This document shows positions 1 to 12,889 of a DNA stretch of 64,000 bases, piece after piece (within the stretch, counting starts at the first letter, position 1; each line of letters begins with the position of its first letter). A program made the translations under genes and the position numbers. This DNA is from Mobula hypostoma (Eukaryota): positions 109,370,001 through 109,434,000 of the forward strand of contig NC_086108.1 of assembly GCF_963921235.1 (NCBI RefSeq), given 5' to 3'. The notes below the pieces were generated by a model. It saw nothing but the letters and a program-made list of their open reading frames with translations, was not told where the DNA came from and ran no database searches.

Positions 1-419
1 TTTGATCTGCAGGCCAAAGCTGTTGATGGATTGCTCTATTGGTAGGCTGTAATGATATCCTAATTTGGGCCTCCAGATTTAGTGATGTTGTTCTGACATC
101 AGTTAGTGCTATATCAATATGGTTATCGGTCATCTGCTTTGGAGCAGTTTGCTCAAGTCAGGATGGCGGTTTGGTGGCGAAGTCTGCACTACCTCCTGTT
201 GCATATTGTAAAGCCACTTGCAGCCATTGTAAACCATGCCCTTGCTCGTACATTATTTACCATCCACAGTTGTTAGGAGCCGTAACAGGAATATAAATGT
301 GAGCACGACACCAAGACAGGTAATGCTTTGAGTAAAATTACTTGCAGCAAAAACACTGTAGTTCCCAGTCAACTTTTGTCACGTTCAAGGCTCTATTTTA
401 CCTGTAAACGTCAGAAATT

Positions 420-952
420 TAGTTTAGAGGTGGTGGTTGCTGTCAAGTCCGATGGTGACAGGAAACCTGTGCAGAAGAGTTTTTAAAGTGGGAGTGCCAT
501 TGCACTGGGGCACGTCCGCTCTCTTGGCCTCAGAAGTCCAAGTCTAGTGGTGCAAACAGGTGTCACAAACTGGGCTCTTCCTTGGTTGCCGTGGATGACC
601 ATGACATCTCTTGTGCCACGTCATGCACTTCGCTCTCCACGAAGCATTGCGGAACTGCCTTCCTGGTTTCTGGATCTCACCCGCCCAGCCCACTGGAGCT
701 GACATTGCATGCTGGGACAGGCATGCCCCCACCTCACCAGGGTGTGAGCCCCACCGGCCACCCTCACCTGGGTTAGCCTGCCTTGTGAAGTGATGTACTA
801 GGGTTTGGCCAGCGTCGCAAACAGCTACTTGGAGCCACAGGTGAGAGCTGTGTGGCCAGTGTGGACCAAAGGCGAGTGAGCTGCCCCAGAATGGGCATGA
901 CAAGCCACTTAACCAGAGGTACTACCCGTCTCTGGACACCCCATACACCCCT
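420..952 (-). mobile_element. Probable RTE-clade 5'UTR-derived non-autonomous retroelement
   Basis: GC-richer block resembling the reverse complement of RTE-type 5' UTRs (gctacttggagccacaggtgagagctg...ctggacaccccatacaccc). Family recognised from memory only; no TSD found. Confidence 0.4.
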
Positions 953-967
953 AATTTAGAAACATAG

Positions 968-1604
968 TGTAACGGCCTTTGCTCCAACTGACTTCCGTTG
1001 CCTAGGGTGAATAGCCGTCAACCCTGCCAGACAGTGCTTTGGTGCAGTTACGGTGTGAGGCGCCCAATGATCAGCTACGACACAAATATCAAACAATATA
1101 CCAAGTGCGAGTAAGGAATTATACTTTAGCAAGTTTTGGTGATGGGTTAGTAGCAACAACTAAAAGAAAAGGCACCACATAAGTAACTGATCAGTCTTGT
1201 GCACATAATATTTTAATACATTGGAGCTCACGCCTCCGATTCCATCCACAACGTCCTTCCGAGACTCCAGCCACCATCTGAACCCCCCGAGGTCCGGTAT
1301 CTGTCGCCCTGGAACCGCTGTCTGTTCCCCGCACATCCGTCCTCTCTGCTCGCCTCCCCAAAAAAGCCCGTGCTCCTCAACTCAGCACACACATACAAGA
1401 CAACATAACATGACTTCCATCGGCTAGCAAATGAATACAATTTCCATTATCACTAAGTATAACCCAAACATTGCTGTTACAGAGAACCCCTTGCTCAGCA
1501 GTTAACAGTACCAGAAGCCATTTTGGTATAACACTTCAGAGAAGCCATTTTGGTAATAAGTAATTAACAGTTAACATCCATCTAGTATTACTGAGAACCC
1601 TACA
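968..1604. mobile_element. Solo LTR (Gypsy-like)
   Basis: Termini TGTA...TACA. Flanked by ATAG (964-967) and ACAG (1605-1608), a 4-bp TSD with one mismatch. Shares motifs (aaaaggc.ccac, gtgcaca, ttggagctca, agaagccatttt) with the LTR at 49964-50658. Confidence 0.75.
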
Positions 1605-1609
1605 ACAGT

Positions 1610-1830
1610 ATGGTAACTGGTCCTTCCAGCCCAATGAGCCGATACTGCCCAATTACACCCATATGATCAAATAACCCACTAACCTGTAACCTTTGGAATG
1701 TGACAGGAAACTGGAGCACTGAGAGGAAACGCACAAGGTCACTGGGAGAAGGTACAGAGAGTGGGAGGAATTGAACCCCAGGTGCTGGTACTGTAAAGGA
1801 ATGTGCTAACCGCTAAGCCACTGTGCCTCC
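1610..1830 (-). mobile_element. tRNA-derived V-SINE (HE1-like)
   Basis: Reverse complement of the V-domain (ggtttcctc..gtgctccagtttcct) and a B box (ggttcaattcc). Confidence 0.75.
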
Positions 1831-1969
1831 CCAAGAGGACAATGAAATCGCAATTAACACTAATTTAATTCAAACGGGAGTAGAAGATCACAGATTGGTT
1901 TTACTTGTACTCTGCAATGGGTTGAAGTGACTGTGTGCTGAACTATTCTAAAAATAAGTTGTTTAGAGA

Positions 1970-2100
1970 CAAGAACAACGTGCTCAAAATGCTGGAGGAA
2001 CTCATTAGGTCAGGCCGCAGCAATGCAGGTGAATAAAGTGTCAATATTTCAGGCCAAGACCCTTCATCAAGACTGGAAAAGGGGAAGGAAAAAGAAAGTA
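1970..2100 (-). mobile_element. Penelope-like terminal repeat fragment with degenerate hammerhead motif
   Basis: aaaatgctggaggaactca...tttcaggccaagacccttcatcaagactgg matches the 3' terminal repeat of the Penelope copies in this window. Confidence 0.75.
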
Positions 2101-2149
2101 ATCCCATTGCCCAGGCACTTCCAAGAGGCAACACACACAAAATGCATCT

Positions 2150-2880
2150 GGATCATAGCCCTCCACACCCTCCTATTATTGCATTTATCAAATGCCCATC
2201 CATCACACTCTTACCACCCTCTGAGTGAAGAAGTTCCACTCGTTCCCCTTAAGCATTTCACCTTTCACCCTTAACCCATGACCCAAGAGGCTTTGAGGTG
2301 TCAAAACGAACCCTTAATTTTCTATACCTCTCAAATCTCCCCTCATTGCCCGACATTCCAGGGAAATATAGTCCGAACCTATTCGAACTTTCCTTATGCC
2401 TCATGAGGATGCATGGAGTGAACTAAGTTTTCTCCTTCTGGAATAAAGGAGAGTGAGAGATGGCTTGATAGAGGCAAGATGCTAAGAGGCATAGTTTGAG
2501 TGGATAGCCAGCGACGTTTCTGCAGGTGGATATGGGTAATATGGAGGGGCATGATTTCAAAGTGACTGGAGGAAATTATAAGGGAGATATCAGAGGCAAG
2601 TTTGGTTGTTTTTAATACACAAAATGGTGGGTGCATGGAATACTCTGCCAGGGGTAGTGGCAAAGGCAGATACATTAGGAAAATTTAAGAGACTCTTAAA
2701 TAGGCACAAGGATGATAGAAAAATGTGAGGGAAGGGTTAGATTGATCTTGGAGTAGGTTAAAAGATCAGCACAACATGATGAAATGTAAAGGCCTGTATT
2801 GTGCTGTGATCTAAGTTCTCTGTTCTATAACTCAGAATAAAGTCCTAACTTATTCAACTTTTCCCCAAAGCTCAGGGAAA
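2150..2880. mobile_element. CR1 (HER1-like) LINE 3' fragments in both orientations
   Basis: CR1 3' motifs (gtggtgggtgcatggaa, tttaagagactctt) and a ttcta-type tail; the same motifs recur across the window. Confidence 0.75.
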
Positions 2881-3021
2881 TACGCCAACAGATTATAACG
2901 GGTTGCATCAAACCTGGTACGGCAATTCCAATGCTCAGAAGTATAGGTATACAGAGAGTAGTGGACACAGCCCAGTCTGCCACAGGCTCATCACTCCCCG
3001 ACACTGACAGCATCTACAGAA

Positions 3022-5060
3022 GACACGCACAAAATGCTGGAGGAACTCAGTAGGTCAGGCACCACCTTTGGACATGAATAAACAGTCAAGGTTTCGAGCC
3101 AAGACCCTTCATCAAGACTGGAAAGGAACAGGGAAAATGCCAGAATAAAGAGCTGGTGAAGGGGAAGAGGGGCCAGCCAGAAGGTGATAGGTGAAGATAG
3201 GTGGATGGAAGAGGTAAAAGGCTGGAGAAGAAGGAATGTGATAGGAGAGGGCAGTGGACCATAGGAGAGAGGAAAGGGGGATGGGCACCAGCGAGATGAT
3301 TAGCTTCTTACCTCTTCGCCTCACCTGCCTGAATAGGAAATAGAACGGGGGATGGGGAGGGGGAAAAATGCCAGAAGGAGAATTGGACGTTCATGCTGAC
3401 TGGTTGGAAGCTACTCAGACAAAATATGAGGTGCTTCTCTTCCGTCCTGAGAGTGAGTGGCCTCATCATGGCAGAAGAGGAGGCTATGACCAACATGTCA
3501 GAATGGGAATGGAGAAAGGAATTTAAATGGTTGGCCACCGGGAAATTCTGCTTTTGGCGGATGGAGGTGCTTGATAAAGCAGTCCCCCAGTTTACATTGA
3601 GTCTCACCAATGCAGAGGAGGCTGCACTGAGACTATCACATACAATAGACTACCCCAAAAGATTCACAGGTGAAGTATTGCCTCAGCTGGAAAGACTGTT
3701 TGGGACCCTGAATGGAGGTGAGGGAGGAGGTGAGTGGGCAGATCTAACACTTTGATTGCTTGCAAGAATATGTGCCAGAAGGGAGATTAGTGGGGAGGGA
3801 CGAATGGACAAGGGAATTACGGAGGGGTGATTCCTATGGAAAGCAGAGAATGGAGGAGAGAGGTAAAGATATGCTTGGTGATAGGATCCCATTGAAGATG
3901 GTAAAAGTTGTGGAGAATGAGTTGTGGTGGATGAGGACAAGAGGAACTCTAGGTCTTTTAGGGCAGCAGGAAGATCAAGTGAAGACAGATTTTAAAAGTC
4001 AGATCGAGGCAGTGAAGTTTGGCATATCCAAGCCGCAGAACCCATTGTTCGAACAGAGATTTAAGCGCCAGGCCAGATTGAGAAGATCAGGGTGGCTAGG
4101 TGCAAGTCGGTTCAGATCGCTGCTCAAAGCAGCAGAACTGGGTATCCGGATGGAGAGTTAAGCACCAGGCCAGATTGAAAGGGTCAAGGCGTCAGTTCCT
4201 GAAGCGAGGTATGAGCTGATTAAGATCGTTGCTCCACAATGTTTACTCAGCTCTGAACTGAACTATGGGCCGTAGACTCTCTTTGCGGATTCAGCTCAGA
4301 AACACCATTTGCTTACAGTCACTGTTTGCATGATTTTTTTTCATTGCACATTGGGTGCTCAATGGTCTTTTTATGGGTCATTTTATTCTTTTATTTTCTT
4401 ATGTGTAGGATGTAATTTTTATTCTCTGCACGTTGGGTGTTAGACAATCTTTATTCCTATATACGGGGATTGTTTGTGTTTCTTTGTTTTGAGGCTGCCT
4501 GTTAGGAGATGAATCTCAAGGGTGTATAATGTATCCATACTTTGATAATAAATGTACTTTGAACTTTGAACACGGATGTTCAGATAATAGAAGAGATGCA
4601 GGTGAGGACAGCATTAATGGTTGACAAAGAGAAACTCCGTTCTTTGAAGAAAGTAGACATCTCCGATGTCCTGGGAATAAATGCTGTGGAAGCAAAAGAA
4701 CCAAGAAAAGGGAATAGCATTTTTTTTCCAGGAGGCATGGTGAGAAGAGGTATAGTCAAGATGGTTATGAGAGTCAGTAGGTTTATAAAAGACGTCAGTA
4801 GATCCTTTGTCTCCAGAGATGGAGACAGAGAGATTAAAGAAGAGGAAAAAGTTGCAGAAATGGACCAAATGAGTTTAAAGACAAGGTGGATGTTAGAGAC
4901 AAAACTGATGCAATTGACAAGCTGAGCACTGGTGCATGAAGCAGCACCATGCAGTTGTCAATGTAACACAGAAATTAGGCGACCATTACCAGGGAAGGCT
5001 TGGAATGTGGACTGCACACATAGCCAACAAAAAGTAGGCATACTGCATCCCATGCAGGTG
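3022..5060 (-). mobile_element. Penelope-like retrotransposon remnant (RT thumb, GIY-YIG endonuclease C-terminus, 3' terminal repeat), interrupted at about 3990-4570
   Basis: ORF 3308..3610 has PVANHLNS...EEKHLIFCLSSFQPVSMNVQFS. ORF 4614..4868 has STDVFYKPTDSHNHLDYTSSH...KNAIPFS. Terminal repeat at 3022-3125. Confidence 0.85.
3995..4570 (+). mobile_element. Non-coding element with Rex1/Babar-type 3' tail inserted in the Penelope copy
   Basis: Ends in tactttgataataaatgtactttgaactttgaa, the same tail as Rex1-type copies at about 23640 and 33310. Confidence 0.6.
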
Positions 5061-5366
5061 CTACAGAAGACATTACTTCAAGAGGATGGCCTCTTTTATC
5101 AAGGATCCCCACCATCAGGGCTATGCCATGTACTCATTGCTATAGTAGAGTGGGGATCCTTGATGATAGTGCAAGACACAGAATCTAGAAATCCACTCCA
5201 TCAGCTTCTGGAACATCAATGTTCCTAAGCCATCGGGCTGTTGAAACAACCAAAATGACCGTGGAAAGTTATGAATCATGCATCAGCAATCCACTTCAAG
5301 GTCCTCAGTGGAAACTATTAGATCTAATGTAACAGAGATGGTTGCCAAGTTGGATTGAACTAGGGC

Positions 5367-5951
5367 TGTTATGGCAAACTTCCATATGCTTAAACCATGG
5401 ATTACCAGGAGAGACAGAGCAAGTGGACCCAAGTGCAGAAGAAACCAGAGACAAGGATGGAATTGAAGAAAGAATCTTTGCAAACACACACAAAATGCTG
5501 GAGGAACTCAGTATGACAGACTGCATCTACGGAAAGGAGTAAACAGTTGACATTTCAGGGTGAGACCCTTCACCAGTCCTGATGAAGGGCCTCAGCCTGA
5601 AACATTAACGGTTTACTCTTTTCCATAGGTGCTGCCTGACTTGCTGAATTCTTCCACTGTTTTGTGTGCATTGCTTTGGATTTCCAGCATCTTCAGATTT
5701 TCTCATGCTTGCGAAAGAATCTTTACTTGGAGATTGGTTAATAGAGAGCACAGGTGAGGACTCAAGAATCACTACACACAAGCTATGTAAACTCAAGACT
5801 AAGCAAAGACACACTGAACAGAGATAACTTAAATAGACAAACAAAACAATGCACAGGTACACTGATAACTAAAACAAGACACAGGTGGAAATAACCAGAG
5901 AAGAGCATTGGAGGACTCTGGCACCCCTGGTGAACAGACCAAAGCATGACA
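5367..5951. mobile_element. Probable decayed solo LTR related to 10926-12081
   Basis: Termini TGTTATG...CATGACA and a shared gacccaa.tgca motif. No clear TSD. Confidence 0.4.
5480..5712. mobile_element. Palindromic Penelope terminal-repeat insertion with two opposed hammerhead-like motifs
   Basis: Exact 12-bp TSD GAAAGAATCTTT at 5468-5479 and 5713-5724. Inverted arms centred near 5577; cagtcCTGATGAagggcctcagcctGAAAc on the + strand. Confidence 0.85.
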
Positions 5952-7374
5952 TTTAAGCACAAGCATAATCGAAAGAAATGAGGGCATAAGTCAATGATGC
6001 AGCCCCTTCAGTCTGCTTAGCCATTTAATTAAGTTGTGTCTTAATCTTGGTCAGCTTCATTTTTTTTATATCATAACACTTTGGATGAAAAATCTACGTC
6101 AATCTTTATTATATTCGAAGACTCATCTTCCATAATTCTCTGGGGAGAAGACTCCAAAGTTAACAACAATGGAAGTTCCTCCTTATTTTATTCTCAAATG
6201 TGTCACCTCTCAACTGCAGGTGCTGGAATCTAAAGCAACTAACAACTGCTGGAGAAACTCAGCATTATTTGGATAGGCAGAGACTTTACCAAAGGCAGAA
6301 ATTACAAATACAAAAATACACAATTCTAAGATGATCGGAGGAAACTATAGGGGAGGTTATCAGAGGTAGATGTTAGGGTGTATTCTGGAGTTATGGTATA
6401 TAGCAAATATTAATTTCAACAGCAACCAGTCATCAGATCTGAATGTGGATTGTACATTGAATTTAAAATGCAGCTCAGAACAATGATCTTCCTGGTGCTG
6501 CAAACTGGAAACCAGAAAACACCCTTCACCTGCAATGTCTGCGTGTGCATAAATGCAGCTCAGAGACAGCAGTGATTAACTAACACTCATTTTCGGTGTG
6601 TTGGTGTAAAGATCTAGGTGTATAAAATTATGTGCAACTCAAAGGAAACATTATATGTGCATTGTTACTGTGAAATTGTCCTTTTCTTAGCTTTGTTTTT
6701 TTAACACAAAAATGTGATATAATATTGGGTCAGGAAGACTCTTCCAAGAGTGTCTCCAGTATGATGCTTGCTTCTTGCGCTGAATAAAGACTTCTACATC
6801 ACCAGATTCAATGTCTCTCTGGTGACTTTGATCAGTCATAACAGTAGGAATTTTACAGAGTGGTGGGTGTGTGGAACGGCCTGCCAAGGGTAGTGGTAAA
6901 GGCAGACACATTAGGGACATTTAAGGTAGGCTCATGGATGAAAGAGAAATGGAGGACTATGTGGGAGGGAAGTCTTTGATTGAGCTTGCAGTAGTTTAAA
7001 AGCTCGGCACAATGTTGTGCAACAAAGGGCCTGTACCTTGCTGTATGTTCTATGGGAGGAAGGGAATCATCGAGCAAGGGAATCATCTGATGAAGGGTTT
7101 CAACCTGAAATATTGATAATTCCTAAATAAGTCAGAGGAACTACACCATGACAGACCTTATTGAAAGCTTTTCCAATGTCCATAAGGTCAGAAGGCACAG
7201 GAGCAGAATGGGTGTTGGCTTTGCTTTATTATTGTCACATGTGCGGAGGGTAATGCAGACAGTTCATTAATTACAGTGTATTGAGCTAGAATAAGGTAAA
7301 ACAATAACAATGCAGAACAAAACGTAGGATCTACTGAAAAAGTACAGCGCAGATAAACAATAAAGTTCAAGATC

Positions 7375-8190
7375 ATAATGACCATTCAGCCCATCAAGTC
7401 TGCTCTCTCTTTCCATTATGGTTGATTTATTTTCCAATTCAACCTCACTCTTCTGCTTTCTCCCTGTAACCTTTGATGCCCTGACTAATCGAGAACCAAT
7501 CAACCTCCACTTTAAATATACTCAATGATGTGACCTCTACAGCTGTCTATGGCAAAGAATCCCATAGATTCATTACCTTCTGGCTAAAGAAATTCATTTT
7601 TGAAATCTGAGGATGTGCCCTCTGGTCCTAGATCCCCCACTATAGGAAACATCCTCTCCACGACCACTCTATCTAGGCCTTTCAATATTCAATAGGTTTC
7701 AACGAGATCCCCCAAAATTCTTGTAAACTCTATCGACTACAGGCTCTGAGCCATCAAACACTCCTCATCCCCTAATCCTTTCATTCCCAGAATCATTCTC
7801 ATTAACCTCCTCTGGGCCCTCTCCAATGGCAGCTCGTTCCACACTCTCATGAAGAAATTTCCCTTCATGTTCCCCTTAAACTTTTCACCTTTCATCCTTA
7901 ACCCATGATGTCTGGTTGTAGTCCCACCCAACCTCAGTGGAAAAACCCCTCAATTTTGTATACCTCTATTAAAACTCTCCCCTTAACCTTCTACGTTTTA
8001 AGGATTAAAGTCCTAACCTATCCAATCTTTCCTTTTAAATCAGGCCCTCCAGACCCAGCAATGACCTTGTAAATCTTCTCTGTGCTCTTTCAATCTTACT
8101 GACATCTTTCCTGTAGGTGTGACCAAAACTGCACACAATGCTCCAAATTAGGCCTCACCAATGTCTTATAAAACTTCAACATTACATTTT
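7375..8190 (-). mobile_element. CR1 LINE 3' fragments (two juxtaposed pieces)
   Basis: ORF 7737..7931 has TRHHGLRMKGEKFKGNMKGNFF...VWNELP and LERAQRRLMRMILGMKGL, the CR1 ORF2 C-terminus. Confidence 0.85.
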
Positions 8191-8284
8191 AATCTATTAC
8201 ATTAAATTATATTATATTGAACCTTTTAAATTAATCTCAAGCTCCATCACGCTGAGCACTGCTGACTCACGACACCGCCAGATC

Positions 8285-8990
8285 CAGCACCAGCTGGCCT
8301 CATCAGCAACAATGGCGAGTCAGCACACAGAAGGGAAGTAGTGAAGTTTGTCACATGATGTGACGACAACAACCTGAGCCTCAATGTGCACAAGACAAAA
8401 GAGATGATGGTGGACTTCAGGAAGGTGCAGGTCAACAACTCTCCACTGCACATCAATGGGGAGAGTGAGGAGCATAAATTTCCTTGGTGTGCACTTAACA
8501 GATGATCTAACCTGGACCTACAGCACCACCTCTGTAGTCAAGAAGGCACAGCAGTGTCTGCACTTTCTGAGGAGGTTGAGGCGTACAAAGTTCCCCGCCC
8601 CCATTCTAACAACTTTCTAGGAGCACCATCGGGAGTGTCCTGTCTGTCTGCATCATTGTGCGCCACAGAAACTGCAAGGTATCAGAATGCAGGATCCTAT
8701 AGTGGACAATAAAAACTGCTGAGGGGATCACTAGAGTCTCCCTCCCCCTATTTGTGACATTTATTGGGAGCGATGTATACAAAGGGCTTGAAGTATTGTT
8801 AAGGATCCCTACCACCCATCCCATAATCTCTTTGACCCACTAGCATCAGGAAGGAAGTACGAAAGCATCAGGACTAGAACTGCCAGACTGGGCAACAGCT
8901 TCTTCCCTCAGACTGAGAGACTAATGAATACCTTGCCACCATCGAGATCTCGTCACTAGGACAGCCAGCCGCTTACTGTTTACTGTGTCC
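8285..8990 (+). mobile_element. Rex1/Babar LINE 3' fragment
   Basis: aacctgagcctcaatgtgcacaagacaaaagagatgatggtggacttcagg (NLSLNVHKTKEMMVDFR) and aagaaggcacagcagtgtctgcactttctgagg (KKAQQCLHFLR). Confidence 0.85.
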
Positions 8991-9134
8991 TATTTACCTC
9001 TTCTGCACACTACATGACCAGCTCTCTAGTTTTGCTGCCTAGTTAACAAATGGTTAAAGAAGGTGGTTAATCATCACAGACTCAACAGGCAATAAACGTT
9101 AATCTTGTCAGCTATACTCACAAGTATGACTGAC

Positions 9135-9595
9135 GTCTGGGCCTGTACTCGCTGGGGTTTAGAAGAATGAAGAGTAATCTCATTGAAACCTATTGAATAT
9201 TGAAAGGCCAAGATAGAGTGGATGTTTCCTACAGTAGGGGAGCCTCAGAATAGTAGATTCCTTTAGAACAGAAATGAGGAGGAATTTCTTTAACCAGAGG
9301 GTGGTGAATCTGTGGAATTCATTACCATAGAAGGCTGTGAAGGCCAAATCAATGAGTATATTTAAAGCAGAAATTGATGGGTTCTTGAGCACCAAAGGTT
9401 ATGGGGTGAAGACAGGGGACTGAAGCTGAGAGGGATGACAAAAACCAGTCAAGACGGAATGGTGAAGAATCGATGGGCTGAATGGCCATATTCTGCTCCT
9501 ATGTCTCATGGTCTGAATCAGCCATTCTGGAATGGTGGAGTAGTATTGATGGGCTGAATGGCCCAATTCTGCCTTTATGTCTTATGGTCTTATGA
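9135..9595 (+). mobile_element. CR1 LINE 3' end
   Basis: aatttctttaaccagagggtggtgaatctgtggaattc and a duplicated atgggctgaatggcc...tcttatgg tail. Confidence 0.85.
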
Positions 9596-10094
9596 TATGA
9601 GTGAAGGCAAACATCTGCTGATGATGTGTACATTGACTCAGTTCAGAAAATTATATTGTAGCAAAGATACTTGAAGTTTAACTTAGATTAAATCCATGAT
9701 TTGTGATATTTTTGCTCTCCCTCTCAAATCCAATCCTATTATGGATATTACTCATATGATATTTCTTTTTCTCTGGAGGTAAACTGATGCCAGTTTACTA
9801 AATCTGGAATGACCATTTCCCACGGCGCTTGCAGAATTTACTGCCTCATCTGTCCTGCCCCTCACAGTCGGGGTGAAAATTAAACTCTCCTATTATAACA
9901 CCATTGTTTCTGCTACATTCTCCCCTGCTCTCAGCATGTATAAATTTCCCCACTACATCACTACTGGCAGGAAGTCTGCAAACAACTCCCATCACAGTTT
10001 ATACATCAATTGTTGTTCTTCACTTCTGCTCTTACACTTTCTATTGTTAGAGTAGTTTTTAGTGTGATCATTCAAGTCGAAAATGTTCTCCTAA

Positions 10095-10590
10095 GGGGCT
10101 ATCTATTGTAGGGTCTTCAGGTGGCTGCGGGCACCATTCTGGGATCCACATATTCTGAGGGGTTTATAGATATCACAGTCCTGTCCCCTTCATCACTTGC
10201 TGACCATCAAGGGACATAATCCAGGACATTAAGGTGGTTTCCTTTAATGGAGAGCACTCATACATGACTATTTAACGTTGGGAGGCTGATGCGTGGGCAG
10301 CCTCCACACTATCTTGACAGATCGGGGTCAGGGTCCAGTGACAGGGAATGGAAGATGACTGGGGACCCTGAACTACTGCAGCCTTTCTCTACCTTCACTG
10401 TCATTGAGATGTGTCATCATCTTCCACCAGCTCCACCATCGAGGTCTTGGTTAGATCACTTTTTGCCTGGAACCTCTCCTTGACCTTACCAGCATGGGTG
10501 ACCCTACCAGGAGCCAAGCGCTAGGTGCCCACACTTCCAGGATTTCAGGAATTCAAAACCCTCTCCACCATGACAATCCTCAGAGAAGAT
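10095..10590 (-). mobile_element. Degenerate RTE 5'UTR-derived element, related to 58285-58706
   Basis: Shares gaggtcttggtt, gaccttacc.gcat.ggtgaccctaccaggagc and the terminal gacaatcc.c.gagaa with the 58285-58706 element. Confidence 0.65.
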
Positions 10591-10711
10591 TGTTAGATAA
10601 CCCTTATTGAAATCATTTCTTTCCAAGGGCTGCAACTGAGATCTTCATCAATAGTATTCACTCCTTTCCATAATGATGCAGATTAGCTTTAGTGTATAAA
10701 ACATTACAAAA

Positions 10712-10925
10712 GAACAAACAAAATGCTGGAGGAACACAGCAGGTCAGGCTGAATCCATGGAGAGAAATGAACAATCAATATTTTGGACTGAGACATTTCA
10801 TCAGGACTGGAAAAGGTAGAAGGTGAAAAAGGAGCTCAGATGATAGAACGACAAGGTCAAGGAGTGAAGAAGGAATTTTATAAGACAGAAGAATGGCTAA
10901 TGGGAGAAAGGGAAGGAGAATAGAG
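10712..10925 (-). mobile_element. Penelope-like 3' end, continuing at about 12087-12150 after an LTR insertion
   Basis: aaaatgctggaggaacacagcaggtcagg...catcaggactggaaaagg followed by the purine-rich 3'UTR complement. Confidence 0.7.
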
Positions 10926-12081
10926 TATCATAAGGGGGCTGCTGGGAGCAGACCCAAATGCAAGACACAGACACTGAAGTACTAGGAACAGGATTTGACT
11001 AGAGAGCTGGGACAAGAACACAGACTTGGGCTAGGACATTGGCTAGGCAAGCAGGACTAGGACAAGGAACTGAGAACTAGAAGCCTGGGCTTGGACTCCA
11101 AAACAGAGAATGGACAAGGACCCAGAACCTGGGTTTTGACTCAGGCTCCGACCCCAGAACTAGGCGAGGACATGACATGGCTACAGGACTAGACATGGCT
11201 TGGGTCCCTCGAGGCAAGGGCATGACAGGGCCTGGGTCCCTCGAGGCAAGGGCATGACAGGGCCTGGGTCCCTCGAGGCGAGGGCATGGACTCCAAGCCA
11301 AAGACTGGGCAAGGACCCAGAACCTGGGTTTTGACTCAGGCTCGGACTCCAGAACTAGACGAAGACATGACGTGGCTACAGGACTGGACATGGAATTCCT
11401 GCACAGGATGAGGCACATGGACAGGACAAGGACGCAAAGCCGTGGCTTGGACAGGATGAGGTTCTTGGACGTGGCTTGGACAGGACAGGGCACAGACTGG
11501 ACGAGAGACTCCTTGGCAAGACAAGGGAACTCCAGCACAAGACAAGGCACATAGACAGGATGAGAACACAAAGGATACAGGAACACAGAGCCTTGGTCTT
11601 GAGAGGACAGGAAAGCAGAGATGTGGAACACAGAGCCAGGATCCCTCCTTGGGAACAGGACATAGGGCCAGGACTCATACACAGAACACAGAGAGACAGT
11701 TCCCAACACAAGGTAGCAGGAAACAGCCAGACCTACCTAGCAAAGGCATGGACACAGAGACAGTTCAAAACAACAATAGACAGTTGCTTATCATGCTCCA
11801 GCAGTTGAACTTGACAGCAGTGCAGGCAAGGTGAGGCAAGGCTTCAGACACTGGTTTCAGGACAAGACTTCAGGAGGAAGGGGCAGAGAAAGGATTTGGA
11901 CAGGAACAATCCAGCAGCTGAAGCTGACCCAAGGAGTTATTTATGTAGCCAGCCCAAAATGTGAATCAGCTGCCTCAATTAGAGCACCCAACAGAAAAAG
12001 GGAAAACCAGAAAACCTGGAATAAGGAACGATGGACCGGACCGTGAACCGGAATCCAGACTTCACGGAACGGACCACGACA
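10926..12081. mobile_element. Long solo LTR with internal tandem repeats
   Basis: Exact 5-bp TSD TAGAG at 10921-10925 and 12082-12086. Termini TATCAT (mutated TGTCAT)...ACGACA. Confidence 0.8.
11201..11288. repeat. 32-bp tandem repeat (about 2.75 copies) inside the LTR
   Basis: Unit tgggtccctcgaggcaagggcatgacagggcc starts at 11201, 11233 and 11265. Confidence 0.95.
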
Positions 12082-12149
12082 TAGAGGGCACCAGACAGAG
12101 GTGAGCGGCTGATGAGGAGATGAAAAGGGTTATAAGGGGAGCCAGAATC

Positions 12150-12550
12150 ATCCTCATCATCAATATGTGGCATGTCATATGATATAGACAATTATGATCT
12201 TCCATCTGTCTTTCCATCTGATGCTCTTATTCTTTTCTCTTTCCATGACCATGATTCTTCTTGGCATTTTTTTCTGCAGAAGTGGTTTGCCATTGCCTCC
12301 TTCTGGGCAGTGTCTTTACAAGACAGGTGACCCCAGCCATTATCAATACTCTTCAGAGACTGTCTGCCCAGTACCAGTGGTTGCATAACCAGGACTTGTG
12401 ACGTGCATCATCTGCTCATAGGACCATCCATGGTCCCATGGCTTCACGTGACACTGATCAAGGGGCTACGCAGGTGCTACACCTTGTCCAAGGGTGACAT
12501 GCTGGCTAGGGGAGGGAAGGAGCACTTTACGCCTCCTTTGGTAGGGAGAT
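12150..12550 (-). mobile_element. RTE/BovB-related non-autonomous retroposon (same family as 25657-26040)
   Basis: Reverse complement of gaagg..aatggcaaaccacttctg and caagtcctggttatg, with a (GAT)n-like tail. Confidence 0.75.
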
Positions 12551-12889
12551 GGAGCCAGAGTGGGGAATGGTAAAAGAGAGAGGGGGAGGAGAGTGAAATT
12601 ACAGGAAATTGGAGTAATCAATGTTCATGCTGTCAGGCTTTTGGCTGTATTAGTAACCATACCTATCCACTGTCAAACTCTGTATCCGACCTGTTTGATC
12701 TTGTTGGAAACTCAGGGCTCAAATTAGCTCATTTAAAATCTTAACATGGAGTTTGTTCAACTCAGAGCTTTGATTCTCCAACAGTAGACAAATTAGTGTT
12801 CACCCTGTTGTTCAAAACCAAGTGGTTCATAAGACATAGGAGCAGAATAAGGCCATTCAGCCCATCGAGTCCATTTTATCAGGGCTGAT

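Noticed and set aside
1..400. Possible L1 5'UTR/ORF1 remnant on the minus strand
   Set aside because: Only a vague resemblance, truncated by the window edge, with no diagnostic motif.
11201..11288. 32-bp repeats resembling a CRISPR array
   Set aside because: Head-to-tail with no spacers, no cas genes, and a eukaryotic context.
11077..11808. Longest ORF (210 aa) and overlapping ORFs
   Set aside because: They lie within the repeat-expanded solo LTR, give low-complexity repetitive peptides and show no domain motifs.
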